DNA of 64,000 nucleotides from Chthoniobacterales bacterium. GTDB lineage: Bacteria > Verrucomicrobiota > Verrucomicrobiia > Chthoniobacterales > DASVRZ01. Positions within the stretch are counted from its first letter, which is position 1. Every line of letters starts with the position of its first letter. The stretch is from positions 114,570 to 178,569 of the forward strand of contig JBDSQB010000012.1 in NCBI GenBank assembly GCA_039930045.1, in the 5' to 3' direction. Shown here one piece after another: positions 12,171 to 21,686 of the stretch. The notes under the pieces were generated by a model. The model saw nothing but the letters and a program-made list of their open reading frames with translations, searched no databases and was not told the DNA's origin. Made by a program: the position numbers and the translations under genes.

Positions 12171-13072
12171 AGCTGCTCGACTGAATAACCTTCGCTGCGG
12201 AGTTGGCGGACGATGCCGCTGCGACCGACCAAATGGCCGCTGCCAACGATGATGAGGACGTTTCCCTTGCCGCCAATCGTCCGCCGAATCGCGGGCATCC
12301 AGGCGTTGTTGCGGTCGTCGAAGATGGATTTGTAAAAGCCTTTTTCGTCCTTCGTCGAGTGGTTGATCAACGCATCGAGCGCGGCGGTGTCGCCAGTCTG
12401 CCAGGCATGAATCATCTGCCCAAACCAGACGCCGGTGAACGGCAGCGAGCCTAGCGTCGAGCGCAAATAACGATCCGCCTCGACATCGGAAAACTGCCGG
12501 AACGGCGCGGTCTGCGCCTGGACTTTTTCGAGTCCGCCGGTGGGTTTGCCGCGCTTCTGAGCGAGCTTGAAAAAATGAAAGTCGAGCCCGCGCTCGCTGT
12601 CGTAGCCGTTGCGTTCGAGGTAGAGACTCATCATCAGATCCGAGACGAGCCAGGGCCGCATCGGCTCCAATTTTTCGAGGGGAATCCCGAAATACGGTAG
12701 CAATGTTTTCAGCATCGTCAGCGTTTCGAGGCTGAGGTGCTGGCTGAGTTTTTCGCCCTTCGGATAGAGACCGTCTTTGAAGGAGTCGGCCATGGCGTTG
12801 TCGTGCTTTTCGTCGCCGAGCGCGATTTCAAAGATGACGCGCTGCGAGTCGTTGAAGGCATGGCAAAGCGCTGGTTTCAGAGGGTAAACGGACTTGGGCA
12901 GCACATGGATTGAGCCCATCAGATAGACCGTGTTGGTCGGCGATTGCACGCGCCAGAGGGTGCTTTTTCCCGTGGGCTGCGGGGCGAGGCTGCTGCAGCC
13001 GCCACTAAGGAAAAGGACGGCGAGGCCGAGAAAGGAGAGGAGTCGGTTTTTCAGAGTCGAGTTAGATTTCAC
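12167..13072 (-). CDS. TraB/GumN family protein (lipoprotein signal)
   Basis: The conserved block TLWRVQSPTNTVYLMGSIHVLPKSVYPL...FEIAL is typical of TraB/GumN. The probable GTG start at 13072 precedes the signal-lipobox LLSFLGLAVLFLSGGC. The track ORF extends further upstream into the M14 gene. Confidence 0.72.
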   Translation of the reverse strand: MKSNSTLKNRLLSFLGLAVLFLSGGCSSLAPQPTGKSTLWRVQSPTNTVYLMGSIHVLPKSVYPLKPALCHAFNDSQRVIFEIALGDEKHDNAMADSFKDGLYPKGEKLSQHLSLETLTMLKTLLPYFGIPLEKLEPMRPWLVSDLMMSLYLERNGYDSERGLDFHFFKLAQKRGKPTGGLEKVQAQTAPFRQFSDVEADRYLRSTLGSLPFTGVWFGQMIHAWQTGDTAALDALINHSTKDEKGFYKSIFDDRNNAWMPAIRRTIGGKGNVLIIVGSGHLVGRSGIVRQLRSEGYSVEQL

Positions 13073-13844
13073 CGGCAAAACGGTGCTGGCGCAATACGAG
13101 TTCGATCGCTGTCTGGATAATGATTCGCTGGGCGCGAATGCGGCGGTCGAGGGAAAATTCAGAGGGCGTTTCGATGGTGAAGCAGGTGTCCACTTTGCCA
13201 CGGGCGAGAAAGATGGACTCGGGGCCATCGGGCATTTTTCGGCGGGTGACATTGCGATGAAGGTAACCCGGCTGGGTAAACTGGCGACCATCTATCCTAC
13301 GTCGCGGGTCGCGTGGAAGGATGTGCCGGGCTGCGGCCAAAAGCTGCGGGCTGAGTGGAGTCAGGGCGGAATTTAGCTCGTAAATGTAGATCCCCTGCCC
13401 GTCGTAATCCTCGTGGAGAGCGAGCGATAAAATGTAACGCTGACCGGTGATCACGTCGTGCAGCGCCTTGAAAATCGGCAGGCTGGCGTCGTGAAACTGG
13501 CGGTTGAGATCGATCCCGCTGGCGTCGGAGCGGCGGTTGTGGGTCAGCCCCCAAGGGTTCAGACACGGGAAAATAGTGAAACGCGCGTGGCGAAACATTT
13601 TGGGATTTTTCTGCGCCCACGCCAGCGTGCCCTCGGTGCCGCCCGGTTCGTCGCCGTGAATGCCAGCCGAGAGGTAAATCGACGGCGCGTCCTTCGCGGG
13701 ACGCCGCGTTTGCAGGACGTAGAGGGGAAATCCATCGTGCTCGGCAAACTGGGTCATCGTCAGGCCCGAGCTTCGCGCGACGGCCCGCCAGCGACGGAGG
13801 AGCGTCGGGTAATGATGCGCGAAATGCTGCGGGAGCTGTTTCAT
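13062..13844 (-). CDS. M14 family zinc carboxypeptidase/amidase (MpaA-like murein peptide amidase)
   Basis: 260 aa with zinc ligands in SAGIHGDEPGG (HxxE) and LALHEDYDG. Its ATG overlaps the mpl stop (ATGA). Confidence 0.75.
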   Translation of the reverse strand: MKQLPQHFAHHYPTLLRRWRAVARSSGLTMTQFAEHDGFPLYVLQTRRPAKDAPSIYLSAGIHGDEPGGTEGTLAWAQKNPKMFRHARFTIFPCLNPWGLTHNRRSDASGIDLNRQFHDASLPIFKALHDVITGQRYILSLALHEDYDGQGIYIYELNSALTPLSPQLLAAARHILPRDPRRRIDGRQFTQPGYLHRNVTRRKMPDGPESIFLARGKVDTCFTIETPSEFSLDRRIRAQRIIIQTAIELVLRQHRFAGEI

Positions 13845-15235
13845 TTTGCCGAAAGCGCGGCCAGCAGTTTGTCGTGAATGCCGTCGAACCCGCCATTGCT
13901 GAAAACGACAATCACGTCGCCGGGCCGCGTCTGCGGAACGAGATGCGCGACGATGCTGTCGGCGTCGGGCAAATAATACGCCGGAATGTGGCGCGACTGA
14001 AGGTCCTCGACGACTTTCTCCGGGTGAAGCCGGTCGGCGGCGGGAAGCTGTTCGAGCCGGGCGACTTGGGAAAGATAAACGCCATCCGCTCCGGCAAATG
14101 CCTCGGGCAGCGCGTCCTGAAAAACGGCGCGGCGAGTCGTGTTCGACCGCGGCTCGAAGATGGCCCAGAGTCGAGTTCCAACATATTGATGGCGCAGGCC
14201 GGCGATGGCTTGTTTGATGGCAGTCGGATGGTGCCCGAAGTCGTCCACGACTTTGACGCCATTCACTTCGCCGCGCACTTCCTGACGGCGTTTCACCCCG
14301 GTGAAGCAGGCGAGTGCCCCGGCGATGACTTCCACAGAAATGCCGTAGCGATGCGCCGCGCTGATCGCCATGGCGGCGTTGCGGACGTTGTATTCGCCAA
14401 TCAAGGGCAGATGAAATTGATGTCCGAGCAAGGTGAATTGCGAACCCTCCGGCGTGTAACTGACCGCATGAATCGGAATGTCGGCGTCGTCCGCAAACCC
14501 GACTCGCAGGAGTGGCGCGGGACAGGTCGATGCGGCTTCGAGGGAATTGACGTCGTCGGCATTGACCAGCACGACGCCATTTTTCGGAACGATATTGAGC
14601 AGCCGCCGGAAGCTGAGTTGAATGGAACTCAAATCGTCGAAGATGTCGGCGTGATCGAACTCGATGTTGTTTACGATGACGAGTTCGGGCAGGTAATGGA
14701 CAAACTTGGAGCGTTTGTCGAAAAACGCGGTGTCGTATTCGTCGCCTTCGATGATGAAATGTTCCGATGGCGCGAGCCGGGCCGACTGGGGCAGGTTCTT
14801 CGGAATGCCACCGATCATGTAACCGGGGGCGAGTCCCGCCGACTCGAAAATCCAGGCGAGCAAGGTCGTGGTGGTGGTTTTTCCGTGGGTGCCGGTGACG
14901 ACGAGGTTCGTGCGGCCACGGAGGAAGAATTCCTTGAGCGTTTCCGGCAGCGAGAGGTAGTAAAGTTTCCGGTTGAGAACTTCCTCGAGTTCGATGTTTC
15001 CCCGGCTAATGGCGTTGCCGACAACGATGAGATCGGCGTTTGTGGGGATGTTTTCGGGGTGAAAGCCGGACTTCAAGGCGATTCCGCGCGCTTCCAGATA
15101 GGTGGACATCGGCGGGTAAACATTGGCGTCGGAGCCGGTGACGCAGTAGCCCTGCTCTTGCAGCGCGGCAGCGACCGATCCCATCGCGGTGCCGCAAATG
15201 CCGATGAAGTGGATGTTTTTTATTGGTTGATGCAT
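13841..15235 (-). CDS. mpl: UDP-N-acetylmuramate:L-alanyl-gamma-D-glutamyl-meso-diaminopimelate ligase
   Basis: The internal ATG at 15235 gives MHQPIKNIHFIGICGTAMGSVAAALQEQGYCVTGSDANVYPPMSTYLE, an Mpl-type N-terminus. The Mur ligase P-loop GTHGKTTTT is present. Confidence 0.88.
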   Translation of the reverse strand: MHQPIKNIHFIGICGTAMGSVAAALQEQGYCVTGSDANVYPPMSTYLEARGIALKSGFHPENIPTNADLIVVGNAISRGNIELEEVLNRKLYYLSLPETLKEFFLRGRTNLVVTGTHGKTTTTTLLAWIFESAGLAPGYMIGGIPKNLPQSARLAPSEHFIIEGDEYDTAFFDKRSKFVHYLPELVIVNNIEFDHADIFDDLSSIQLSFRRLLNIVPKNGVVLVNADDVNSLEAASTCPAPLLRVGFADDADIPIHAVSYTPEGSQFTLLGHQFHLPLIGEYNVRNAAMAISAAHRYGISVEVIAGALACFTGVKRRQEVRGEVNGVKVVDDFGHHPTAIKQAIAGLRHQYVGTRLWAIFEPRSNTTRRAVFQDALPEAFAGADGVYLSQVARLEQLPAADRLHPEKVVEDLQSRHIPAYYLPDADSIVAHLVPQTRPGDVIVVFSNGGFDGIHDKLLAALSAK

Positions 15236-15442
15236 GGAGAAAATGGACGACCAGCGGACCGGACGTTGCTCGATATTCAATAGGCCGCCCGGCTTGTCGA
15301 GGAGAAGCTTGCTCGCAGAAGGTTCCAATCGTTGAAAAATCCTGGCTCGAAAAGACCGTTTTCCGCTTGACCCCTTCTCTTTACAAGGCATCATACCGCC
15401 GACTTTTGGGTCTTTGAGGCCAATGAACTCTCTATCAGTGAC

Positions 15443-16948
15443 ATGCATCTAAATACGGGCACAATTCTATGGACTTTCTGCTACTTATCCGTGCTCCTTG
15501 GGCTGTCCGCCTATGGGTTGCACCGATATTCCATCATCTTTCTCTTCCTGAAATATCGGAAGCAGGAACCGCGTCCGCTGCGCCAATTTGAGTCGCTGCC
15601 GGTGGTGACGGTGCAACTGCCGATCTATAACGAATATTACGTGGTTGAGCGCCTGCTCGAATCCGTTGCGCAGTTGGATTACCCGAAGGAATTACTGCAA
15701 ATCCAGGTGCTGGACGACTCCACCGACGAAACGGTGGAACTCACCCAAAGCCGCGTGAGTGCGATGCAACTCGACGGCTGGGACATCGCCGTCGTGCGCC
15801 GGGAAAACCGGATCGGCTTCAAGGCCGGGGCGCTGGAGGAAGGGCTGAAAACGGCCAAGGGCGATTACATTTTCATCTTAGACGCCGACTTCGTGCCGCT
15901 CCCGGACATGCTCCAGAAATCGATCCATTTCTTCACCGATCCTAAGATCGGGATGATCCAGACGCGCTGGGGTCACATCAACCGCACCTATTCGCTGCTG
16001 ACACGGGTGCAGGCGATGTTTCTGGACGGGCATTTGCTTCTGGAACAAACCGCGCGCTGCCGCAGCGGACGTTTCTTTAATTTCAATGGGACTGCCGGCA
16101 TCTGGCGGAAAAGCTGCATTACCGAGGCCGGCGGCTGGCAGCACGACACGCTGACCGAGGATTTGGACCTCAGCTACCGCGCGCAGATGAAAGGCTGGAA
16201 ATTTGTCTTCCTGAAAGACGTGGTCACACCCGCCGAGTTGCCCGTGGACATGAACGGCTTCAAGTCGCAGCAGCATCGCTGGACCAAGGGCAGCGTGCAG
16301 ACCTGCAAAAAAATCCTCCCGCTCCTCTGGCGCAGCCAGCTTCCGCTCGTCATAAAGTTGGAAGCCACCGCGCACCTAACCTCGAACTTCGCCTACCTGC
16401 TGCTGGCTGCACTCTGCGTTTTGCTTCATCCGGCATCCAGCGTGCAGATCAATGGCTGGTGGCATCTGCTCATCATCGACATTCCGATTTTCCTCTCGGC
16501 ATCGGGCTCCGTGGCGCTCTTTTATCTCTGCGCCCAGATTCATCTGCATCCGAAAACTTGGTTGCGCGAAATGCTTCTCCTTCCGCTTCTGCTCGCCCTC
16601 GGTATCGGCATGTCGCTGAACAACGCCAAAGCCGTCCTCGAGGCGATCTTCAACCAGGAATCCGGGTTTGAGCGCACTCCGAAATACGGCATTGAGAAAA
16701 ATGGCCAGCGCTGGAATACCGCGCGTTACATCCCGATCAAGACCCTCCTGCCGATCATCGAACTCGTGTTTGCCGGCTATTTCACCTGGTTTCTCTGGGA
16801 AGCCGTCCAGCGCCGGCAGTTCCTGAACGTCCCATTTTTGCTCCTTTTCCAAGTGGGTTTCAGTTACGTGGCACTCAACTCCCTCCTGCAATGGATGCCA
16901 CGTTTCACCTTTGGGAAACGTTCCCCGGTTGCGCCTTTACCGGCGTAA
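15443..16948 (+). CDS. Glycosyltransferase family 2, processive cellulose-synthase-like membrane enzyme
   Basis: 501 aa with the D,D,D,QxxRW series (VLDDSTD, ILDADF, TEDLDLSYR, QQHRWTKG) and multiple TM helices at both ends. Confidence 0.85.
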   Translation: MHLNTGTILWTFCYLSVLLGLSAYGLHRYSIIFLFLKYRKQEPRPLRQFESLPVVTVQLPIYNEYYVVERLLESVAQLDYPKELLQIQVLDDSTDETVELTQSRVSAMQLDGWDIAVVRRENRIGFKAGALEEGLKTAKGDYIFILDADFVPLPDMLQKSIHFFTDPKIGMIQTRWGHINRTYSLLTRVQAMFLDGHLLLEQTARCRSGRFFNFNGTAGIWRKSCITEAGGWQHDTLTEDLDLSYRAQMKGWKFVFLKDVVTPAELPVDMNGFKSQQHRWTKGSVQTCKKILPLLWRSQLPLVIKLEATAHLTSNFAYLLLAALCVLLHPASSVQINGWWHLLIIDIPIFLSASGSVALFYLCAQIHLHPKTWLREMLLLPLLLALGIGMSLNNAKAVLEAIFNQESGFERTPKYGIEKNGQRWNTARYIPIKTLLPIIELVFAGYFTWFLWEAVQRRQFLNVPFLLLFQVGFSYVALNSLLQWMPRFTFGKRSPVAPLPA

Positions 16949-17015
16949 ACGATTGGAAAAATCACGATTCCTGAGACACAGATCAGGAATCATAGCTGCT
17001 TTAAGTGTGTGTGTT

Positions 17016-17630
17016 ATGCAGGGAATCAGAATCCTATTCATCGTTTTACTGAGTGCTGTCGCCGTCCAGGCGCAGGCTTTTTTCGCTCCGGTTCGCGAAG
17101 CCATCATCAGTGTGCCCGACCAGAAGCTGGTCGTGATGGAAGGCACCAAAAAAATTGCCAGTTTCCCTGTTTCCACGTCGAAGTTTGGCATCGGCGACCG
17201 TCACAATAGCTGGTCCACGCCGCTCGGGTCTCTGCGGGTCGCGCAAAAGATTGGCGATCACATTCCGCCCGGAGCCGTCTTTCGCCGCCGCCAGCCCACG
17301 GGGGAAATTTTACAGCCCAATGCGCCAGGCCGTGATCCGATTGTAACTCGAATCCTGTGGCTTACCGGCAACGAAACCGGCAATCGGAACGCCTACGAAC
17401 GCTGCATTTACATCCACGGCACGACCGAGGAAAAGATGATTGGCAAGCCAGCCAGCTTTGGCTGCATCCGGATGAAATCGAGCGATGTCATCGTCCTGTT
17501 CGACATGCTTTCGGTCGGTTCCCAAGTGACCATCGTCAATGAAAACGTCCGCAAAGCGCTTAACAGTTTTGCCTTGGCCAAGCTTCAGCCCATGCAAATG
17601 GGAGCGGTGTCGATTACCGCTCCCAAGTAG
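17016..17630 (+). CDS. L,D-transpeptidase (YkuD domain)
   Basis: The ATG at 17016 gives the signal peptide MQGIRILFIVLLSAVAVQAQA. The catalytic block is IYIHGTTEEKMIGKPASFGCIRM. Confidence 0.88.
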   Translation: MQGIRILFIVLLSAVAVQAQAFFAPVREAIISVPDQKLVVMEGTKKIASFPVSTSKFGIGDRHNSWSTPLGSLRVAQKIGDHIPPGAVFRRRQPTGEILQPNAPGRDPIVTRILWLTGNETGNRNAYERCIYIHGTTEEKMIGKPASFGCIRMKSSDVIVLFDMLSVGSQVTIVNENVRKALNSFALAKLQPMQMGAVSITAPK

Positions 17631-17651
17631 CATTGGATTGGAAGTCGAAGC

Positions 17652-18281
17652 TTAGGCAGCGAGACTGGCACCGGTCGTGTCGTTCAACACTTCGCGGAGA
17701 GCGCCGGAGAGTTTGCGAACGGCCAAGTCGAGCCGGGTCTTGATCGTGCCGAGCGGGATTTGCATCTTCTGGGCGATCTCGCGCTGGCTCATGCCTTGCA
17801 GGTAAGCCCATTCCACAGCCTTGCGCTGGGCTTCGGGCAACTTGGACATGAGGTTCGAGAGTAAACGCTGCATCTCGGCGGATTCGATATCGGCCTCGAT
17901 ACGAGTATGCGTCCAAGAGGCGGGTTGCTTTTCCATGTCGTTTTCGAGGCGATCCTCGGCGCGTTGACGGCACTGGAACTTGCGAAGGCGATCAATCGCG
18001 CGGCGGCGGGCGATGGTCATCAACCAGCCTATGACTTTCCCTTTGGCCTCAGAGTAGCGGTCAGCTGACGTCCAGAGATCGACGAAAATTTCCTGAACGA
18101 CGTCCTCGGCGATGAATTCATCGTGCAGCACGCGGGCCACCTGGGTTTTCAGCATGGAAGCGTAGCGGCGGTGCATTTCCTCAAAGGCACCGGTGTCTTG
18201 GTCAACCACAGAGCGCATGAGTTGTTCGTCGGACATTTCGTTAAAGGCGACGGGAGAGATGGAATCGAATGTGTAGAGCAT
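17652..18281 (-). CDS. ECF-type RNA polymerase sigma-70 family factor
   Basis: Region 2 (EDVVQEIFVDLWTSADRY...WLMTIARRRAIDRLR) and a region 4 HTH (MSQREIAQKMQIPLGTIKTRL) are present. The start is at 18281 or 18314. No anti-sigma gene is adjacent. Confidence 0.85.
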   Translation of the reverse strand: MLYTFDSISPVAFNEMSDEQLMRSVVDQDTGAFEEMHRRYASMLKTQVARVLHDEFIAEDVVQEIFVDLWTSADRYSEAKGKVIGWLMTIARRRAIDRLRKFQCRQRAEDRLENDMEKQPASWTHTRIEADIESAEMQRLLSNLMSKLPEAQRKAVEWAYLQGMSQREIAQKMQIPLGTIKTRLDLAVRKLSGALREVLNDTTGASLAA

Positions 18282-18543
18282 ATTGGTTGTCTGTAAGTGG
18301 TTTAAGCGGGACAAGTTCTCTTTAGCAGTCGAGGTGCCATGGGCGTTTACGGGGCAGAAGCGTCAAAAGCGGCGCTTTTTGTGTATTGCAAACGTGTCCA
18401 TGTGTAGCGCATGAATACAATCGGACTCCACCCTGAGGGCCTCATATCCCGACACTCTGGGCCTCCCCGTGCCTGCGAGAGCCATTCACATTGACCTTCC
18501 CCGGTCCAGCCGCGATAGTGCGCTCCCTTTTTTCGCTCTCACA

Positions 18544-20349
18544 ATGTCCACCGCCAACACCCGTAATTTCTGCATCATTGCCCATATCGACCACGGCAAA
18601 ACCACCCTCTCCGACCGCCTCTTGGAGCACACCGGCACCATCCAGGTCCGCGAGCAGCAGGACCAAATGCTCGACGCCATGGACCTCGAACGCGAGCGCG
18701 GCATCACCATCAAGTCGCATCCCGTCACGATGCAATACAAGGCGAAGTCCGGCGAAATCTACAAACTCAACCTCATGGACACGCCCGGGCACGTCGACTT
18801 CGCCTACGAAGTCTCCCGCTCCCTCGCCGCCTGCGAAGGCGCCCTCCTCATCGTGGACGCCGCCCAAGGCGTCGAAGCCCAGACCGTCGCCAACGTCCAC
18901 CTCGCGATGAAACAGGGCCTCACCCTCATCCCCGTCATCAACAAGATCGACCTCCCGAACGCCGACCTCCCCACCGTCAAAAAGCAACTCGAAGAAATCC
19001 TCGCCATCCCCGGCGAAGAAGCCATCCCCGCCAGCGCCAAAGCCGGCATCGGCATCGACGACATTCTCGAGGCCGTCATCGCCCGCATCCCCCCGCCCGT
19101 CGATACCCCCAACGAAAAACTCCGCGCCCTCGTCTTCGACTCCACCTTCGACACCTACCGCGGCGTCGTCGTTTACGTCCGCGTCGTCGATGGCTCCATC
19201 TCCGCTGGTGACAACATCAAAACGATGGCCACCAACAAAAGCTACGACGTCAAAGAAGTCGGCATCTTCCGCCCCAGCAACCCCAAAATGTCCGTCCAGC
19301 CGCGCCTCGGCCCAGGCGACGTCGGCTACGTCATCGCCAACGTCAAAGACCCCGCCGAAATCAAAGTCGGCGACACCCTCACCAACGGACGCCTCCCCTC
19401 CCTCATCCCCCTGCCCGGCTTCCAGATCGTCCACCCCATGGTCTTCTCCGGCATCTACCCCATCAACACCGCCGACTTCGAAGCCCTCAAAATCGCCATG
19501 GGCAAACTCCAACTCAACGACTCCGCCTTCAACTTCATGCCCGAAAGCTCCGTCGCGCTCGGATTCGGCTTCCGCTGCGGCTTCCTCGGCCTCCTCCACA
19601 TGGAAATCATCCAGGAACGCCTCCGCCGCGAGTACGACATGGACATCATCGCCACCTACCCCAGCGTCATCTACGAAGTCCTCCGCACCAACGGCGAAGT
19701 CCTCCTCGTCGACAACCCCGAGCACCTCCCGGATTTCAGCGTCATCGAAGAAATCCGCGAACCCATCGTGCAGGCCTTCATCATGGTCCCCAACGAATAC
19801 ATCTCGCCGTTAATGCAGCTCATCCTCGAAAAACGCGGCGTCCTCGAACACACCGAAAGCCTCGATACAAGGCGCGTCATGTTAACCTGCTCCCTGCCCC
19901 TCAACGAAATCGTCGTCGACTTCAACGACAAAATAAAATCCATCACCCGCGGCTACGGCAGCATGGACTACGAACACGCCGGCTACCGCGCCGACAAACT
20001 CGTCAAACTCGACATGCTAGTGAATGGCGAGCCCATCGACGCCTTCAGCAGCATCGTCCACCGCGAAAAAGCCGAATCCCGCGGCCGCCAGCTCGCCGCC
20101 AAACTCAAAGAAGTCATCCCCACGCAACTCTACCAAGTCAGCATCCAGGCCACCATCGGCGGCAAAATCGTCGCCCGCGAAAACGTCAGCGCCATGCGCA
20201 AAAACGTCATCGCCAAATGCTATGGCGGCGACATCACCCGCAAACGCAAACTGTTAGAAAAACAAAAAGAAGGCAAAAAGCGGATGAAGAGCTTCGGCAC
20301 CGTCAACATCCCCCAAGAAGCCTTCATCGAAGTCCTGAAGTCGAACTAA
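18544..20349 (+). CDS. lepA: Translation elongation factor 4
   Basis: The ATG at 18544 gives MSTANTRNFCIIAHIDHGKTTLSDRLL. The GTPase motifs and the LepA C-terminal domain (KCYGGDITRKRKLLEKQKEGKKRMK) are present. Confidence 0.95.
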   Translation: MSTANTRNFCIIAHIDHGKTTLSDRLLEHTGTIQVREQQDQMLDAMDLERERGITIKSHPVTMQYKAKSGEIYKLNLMDTPGHVDFAYEVSRSLAACEGALLIVDAAQGVEAQTVANVHLAMKQGLTLIPVINKIDLPNADLPTVKKQLEEILAIPGEEAIPASAKAGIGIDDILEAVIARIPPPVDTPNEKLRALVFDSTFDTYRGVVVYVRVVDGSISAGDNIKTMATNKSYDVKEVGIFRPSNPKMSVQPRLGPGDVGYVIANVKDPAEIKVGDTLTNGRLPSLIPLPGFQIVHPMVFSGIYPINTADFEALKIAMGKLQLNDSAFNFMPESSVALGFGFRCGFLGLLHMEIIQERLRREYDMDIIATYPSVIYEVLRTNGEVLLVDNPEHLPDFSVIEEIREPIVQAFIMVPNEYISPLMQLILEKRGVLEHTESLDTRRVMLTCSLPLNEIVVDFNDKIKSITRGYGSMDYEHAGYRADKLVKLDMLVNGEPIDAFSSIVHREKAESRGRQLAAKLKEVIPTQLYQVSIQATIGGKIVARENVSAMRKNVIAKCYGGDITRKRKLLEKQKEGKKRMKSFGTVNIPQEAFIEVLKSN

Positions 20350-20378
20350 CTTAAATGGTATCTACCAAAGAAACTAAC

Positions 20379-20852
20379 ATGCAATTATTGAGCAAGGTCA
20401 TGGTTGCCTTGCTGTTAGTTGTCATGCCGATTCGGGCCGATACCATTGATATTTCCGGAACCGGCTATCAATTTGAATACGATTCGAAAGTTTGGAATAT
20501 GCTGCCAAAAAGCACGGAAGGTTTATGGTCATTCTCAGACCACCTGCTCTATCTTGATGGCGGTGTAGTGCTTGGCTCTGGAAGTTCCGACGGGGTCACC
20601 GCCGAGCAGTCAGCTAACGACATGGCCGAGGTCATGGGTGATGGTTATGGACAGGTAAAAGAAGATAAATCTATCTCTGGTCTGAAAACATTTCGGGCTT
20701 CCCGAAAGAAGGACAAAAAAGAAATAATACTTTGTTGTTTGGTGGATAAGCACTCCTCTCTTTTCATCTTTATAGAAGGTGATGCTGTCAGCCTAACGTT
20801 ACGAAAATCCACAGTTCGTGCTTTTCTGAGCGGGTTGAGTAAGAAAAAGTAA
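20379..20852 (+). CDS. Hypothetical secreted protein (orphan, visibly AT-richer than its surroundings)
   Basis: The ATG at 20379 gives the signal peptide MQLLSKVMVALLLVVMPIRA. I recognise no family. Codon composition differs from the neighbours. An alternative ATG is at 20355. Confidence 0.5.
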   Translation: MQLLSKVMVALLLVVMPIRADTIDISGTGYQFEYDSKVWNMLPKSTEGLWSFSDHLLYLDGGVVLGSGSSDGVTAEQSANDMAEVMGDGYGQVKEDKSISGLKTFRASRKKDKKEIILCCLVDKHSSLFIFIEGDAVSLTLRKSTVRAFLSGLSKKK

Positions 20853-20863
20853 TTGACTCCCTC

Positions 20864-20922
20864 GTTCCCAAACTCCGTTTGGGCACGCACTTGTCCCGGC
20901 AACTGCGTTGCCTCCCCATTCG
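20864..20922 (+). repeat. REP-like double-hairpin element, copy A
   Basis: Sequence GTTCCCAAACTCCGTTTGGGCACGCACTTGTCCCGGCAACTGCGTTGCCTCCCCATTCG. It carries hairpin 1 (CCCAAAC/GTTTGGG) and hairpin 2 (GGCAAC/GTTGCC). It is near-identical to copy B at 21687-21745. Confidence 0.75.
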
Positions 20923-20934
20923 ACTCTAACTCCC

Positions 20935-21675
20935 ATGAAAATCCTCCCTCTCATCGGCGCAGCGCTCCTCCTCGGGCTCAGCGGCTCCCTACGGGCCGTC
21001 GATTTCAGTTCCACAACCTTCAACGGCAAACGCATCACCGTCTGCCAGGTCGATCTCCGAAAGGGAAACCTCCGACTCTTCCTGCGCGACGAAACAGGCG
21101 CGACCTTCAAGCGATTCGACAAGCTGGCGTCTTGGCTCGCAGCCCGTGGCGAAAAGCTCATCTTCGCCATGAACGGCGGGATGTATCATGGCAACTTCGC
21201 CCCCGTCGGACTCTTCATCTCCGAAGGCAAAACCCTCGAGGCACTCAACCTCTCGGACGCCCCAGGGAACTTTTTCCTCAAGCCCAATGGCGTCTTCCTC
21301 ATTTCCAAGAGCGGCGCGAAAATCGTCGAATCCTCCGAGTTCCCGGCCAACGGCAAAGGCGTCCTGCTCGCCACCCAATCCGGTCCCCTCCTCGTCCAAC
21401 ACGGCAGACTCCACTCCGCCTTCCAGTCCGGCTCGACCTCGTGCCTCTTCCGCAATGGCGTCGGCATCGTCAATGCCAACACCGTCGTCTTCGCCATCAG
21501 CGAGGAACCCATCAACTTCGACGAATTCGCCCGAGGCTTCCGCGATACATTGCACTGTCAGGACGCCCTTTTTCTCGACGGCACCATCTCCAGCCTCTAC
21601 TCCCCAGAACTTAAACGCAGTGATTTCCGCATGGACCTCGGCCCCATCCTCGGCATCACCGAACCATCGCGTTAA
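20935..21675 (+). CDS. Phosphodiester glycosidase family protein (DUF2233-like), secreted
   Basis: The ATG at 20935 gives the signal peptide MKILPLIGAALLLGLSGSLRA. The blocks FAMNGGMY, NFFLKPNGVF, QSGPLLV, RNGVGI and ALFLDGGTISS-like fit the family as I recall it. Confidence 0.72.
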   Translation: MKILPLIGAALLLGLSGSLRAVDFSSTTFNGKRITVCQVDLRKGNLRLFLRDETGATFKRFDKLASWLAARGEKLIFAMNGGMYHGNFAPVGLFISEGKTLEALNLSDAPGNFFLKPNGVFLISKSGAKIVESSEFPANGKGVLLATQSGPLLVQHGRLHSAFQSGSTSCLFRNGVGIVNANTVVFAISEEPINFDEFARGFRDTLHCQDALFLDGTISSLYSPELKRSDFRMDLGPILGITEPSR

Positions 21676-21686
21676 AATACCCCTCT

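Noticed and set aside
13874-15283. Long antisense ORFs opposite well-supported genes. This one lies opposite mpl. Others are 9160..10125, 10427..11308, 22093..22917, 24641..25849, 25951..27147, 28000..28857, 28963..30006, 29996..31036, 49875..50813, 50923..51732, 53080..54489 (upstream part) and 56053..57117.
   Set aside because: They have low-complexity Arg/Gly/Asp/Glu/Val-rich translations and no motifs. Each fully overlaps a gene with clear family signatures. This is typical of high-GC shadow ORFs.
18442-19725. A 427-aa minus-strand ORF (Gly/Asp/Glu/Val-rich) and several other long ORFs inside lepA.
   Set aside because: They are antisense or out of frame relative to an unmistakable lepA. 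They arise from the strong C-ending codon bias, which removes stop codons in the other frames.
18544-20349. The extreme C-rich coding strand of lepA, considered as a possible horizontal-transfer signal.
   Set aside because: The same C3 preference is visible in many neighbouring genes on both strands, so it is a genome-wide codon preference. Only 20379-20852 deviates.
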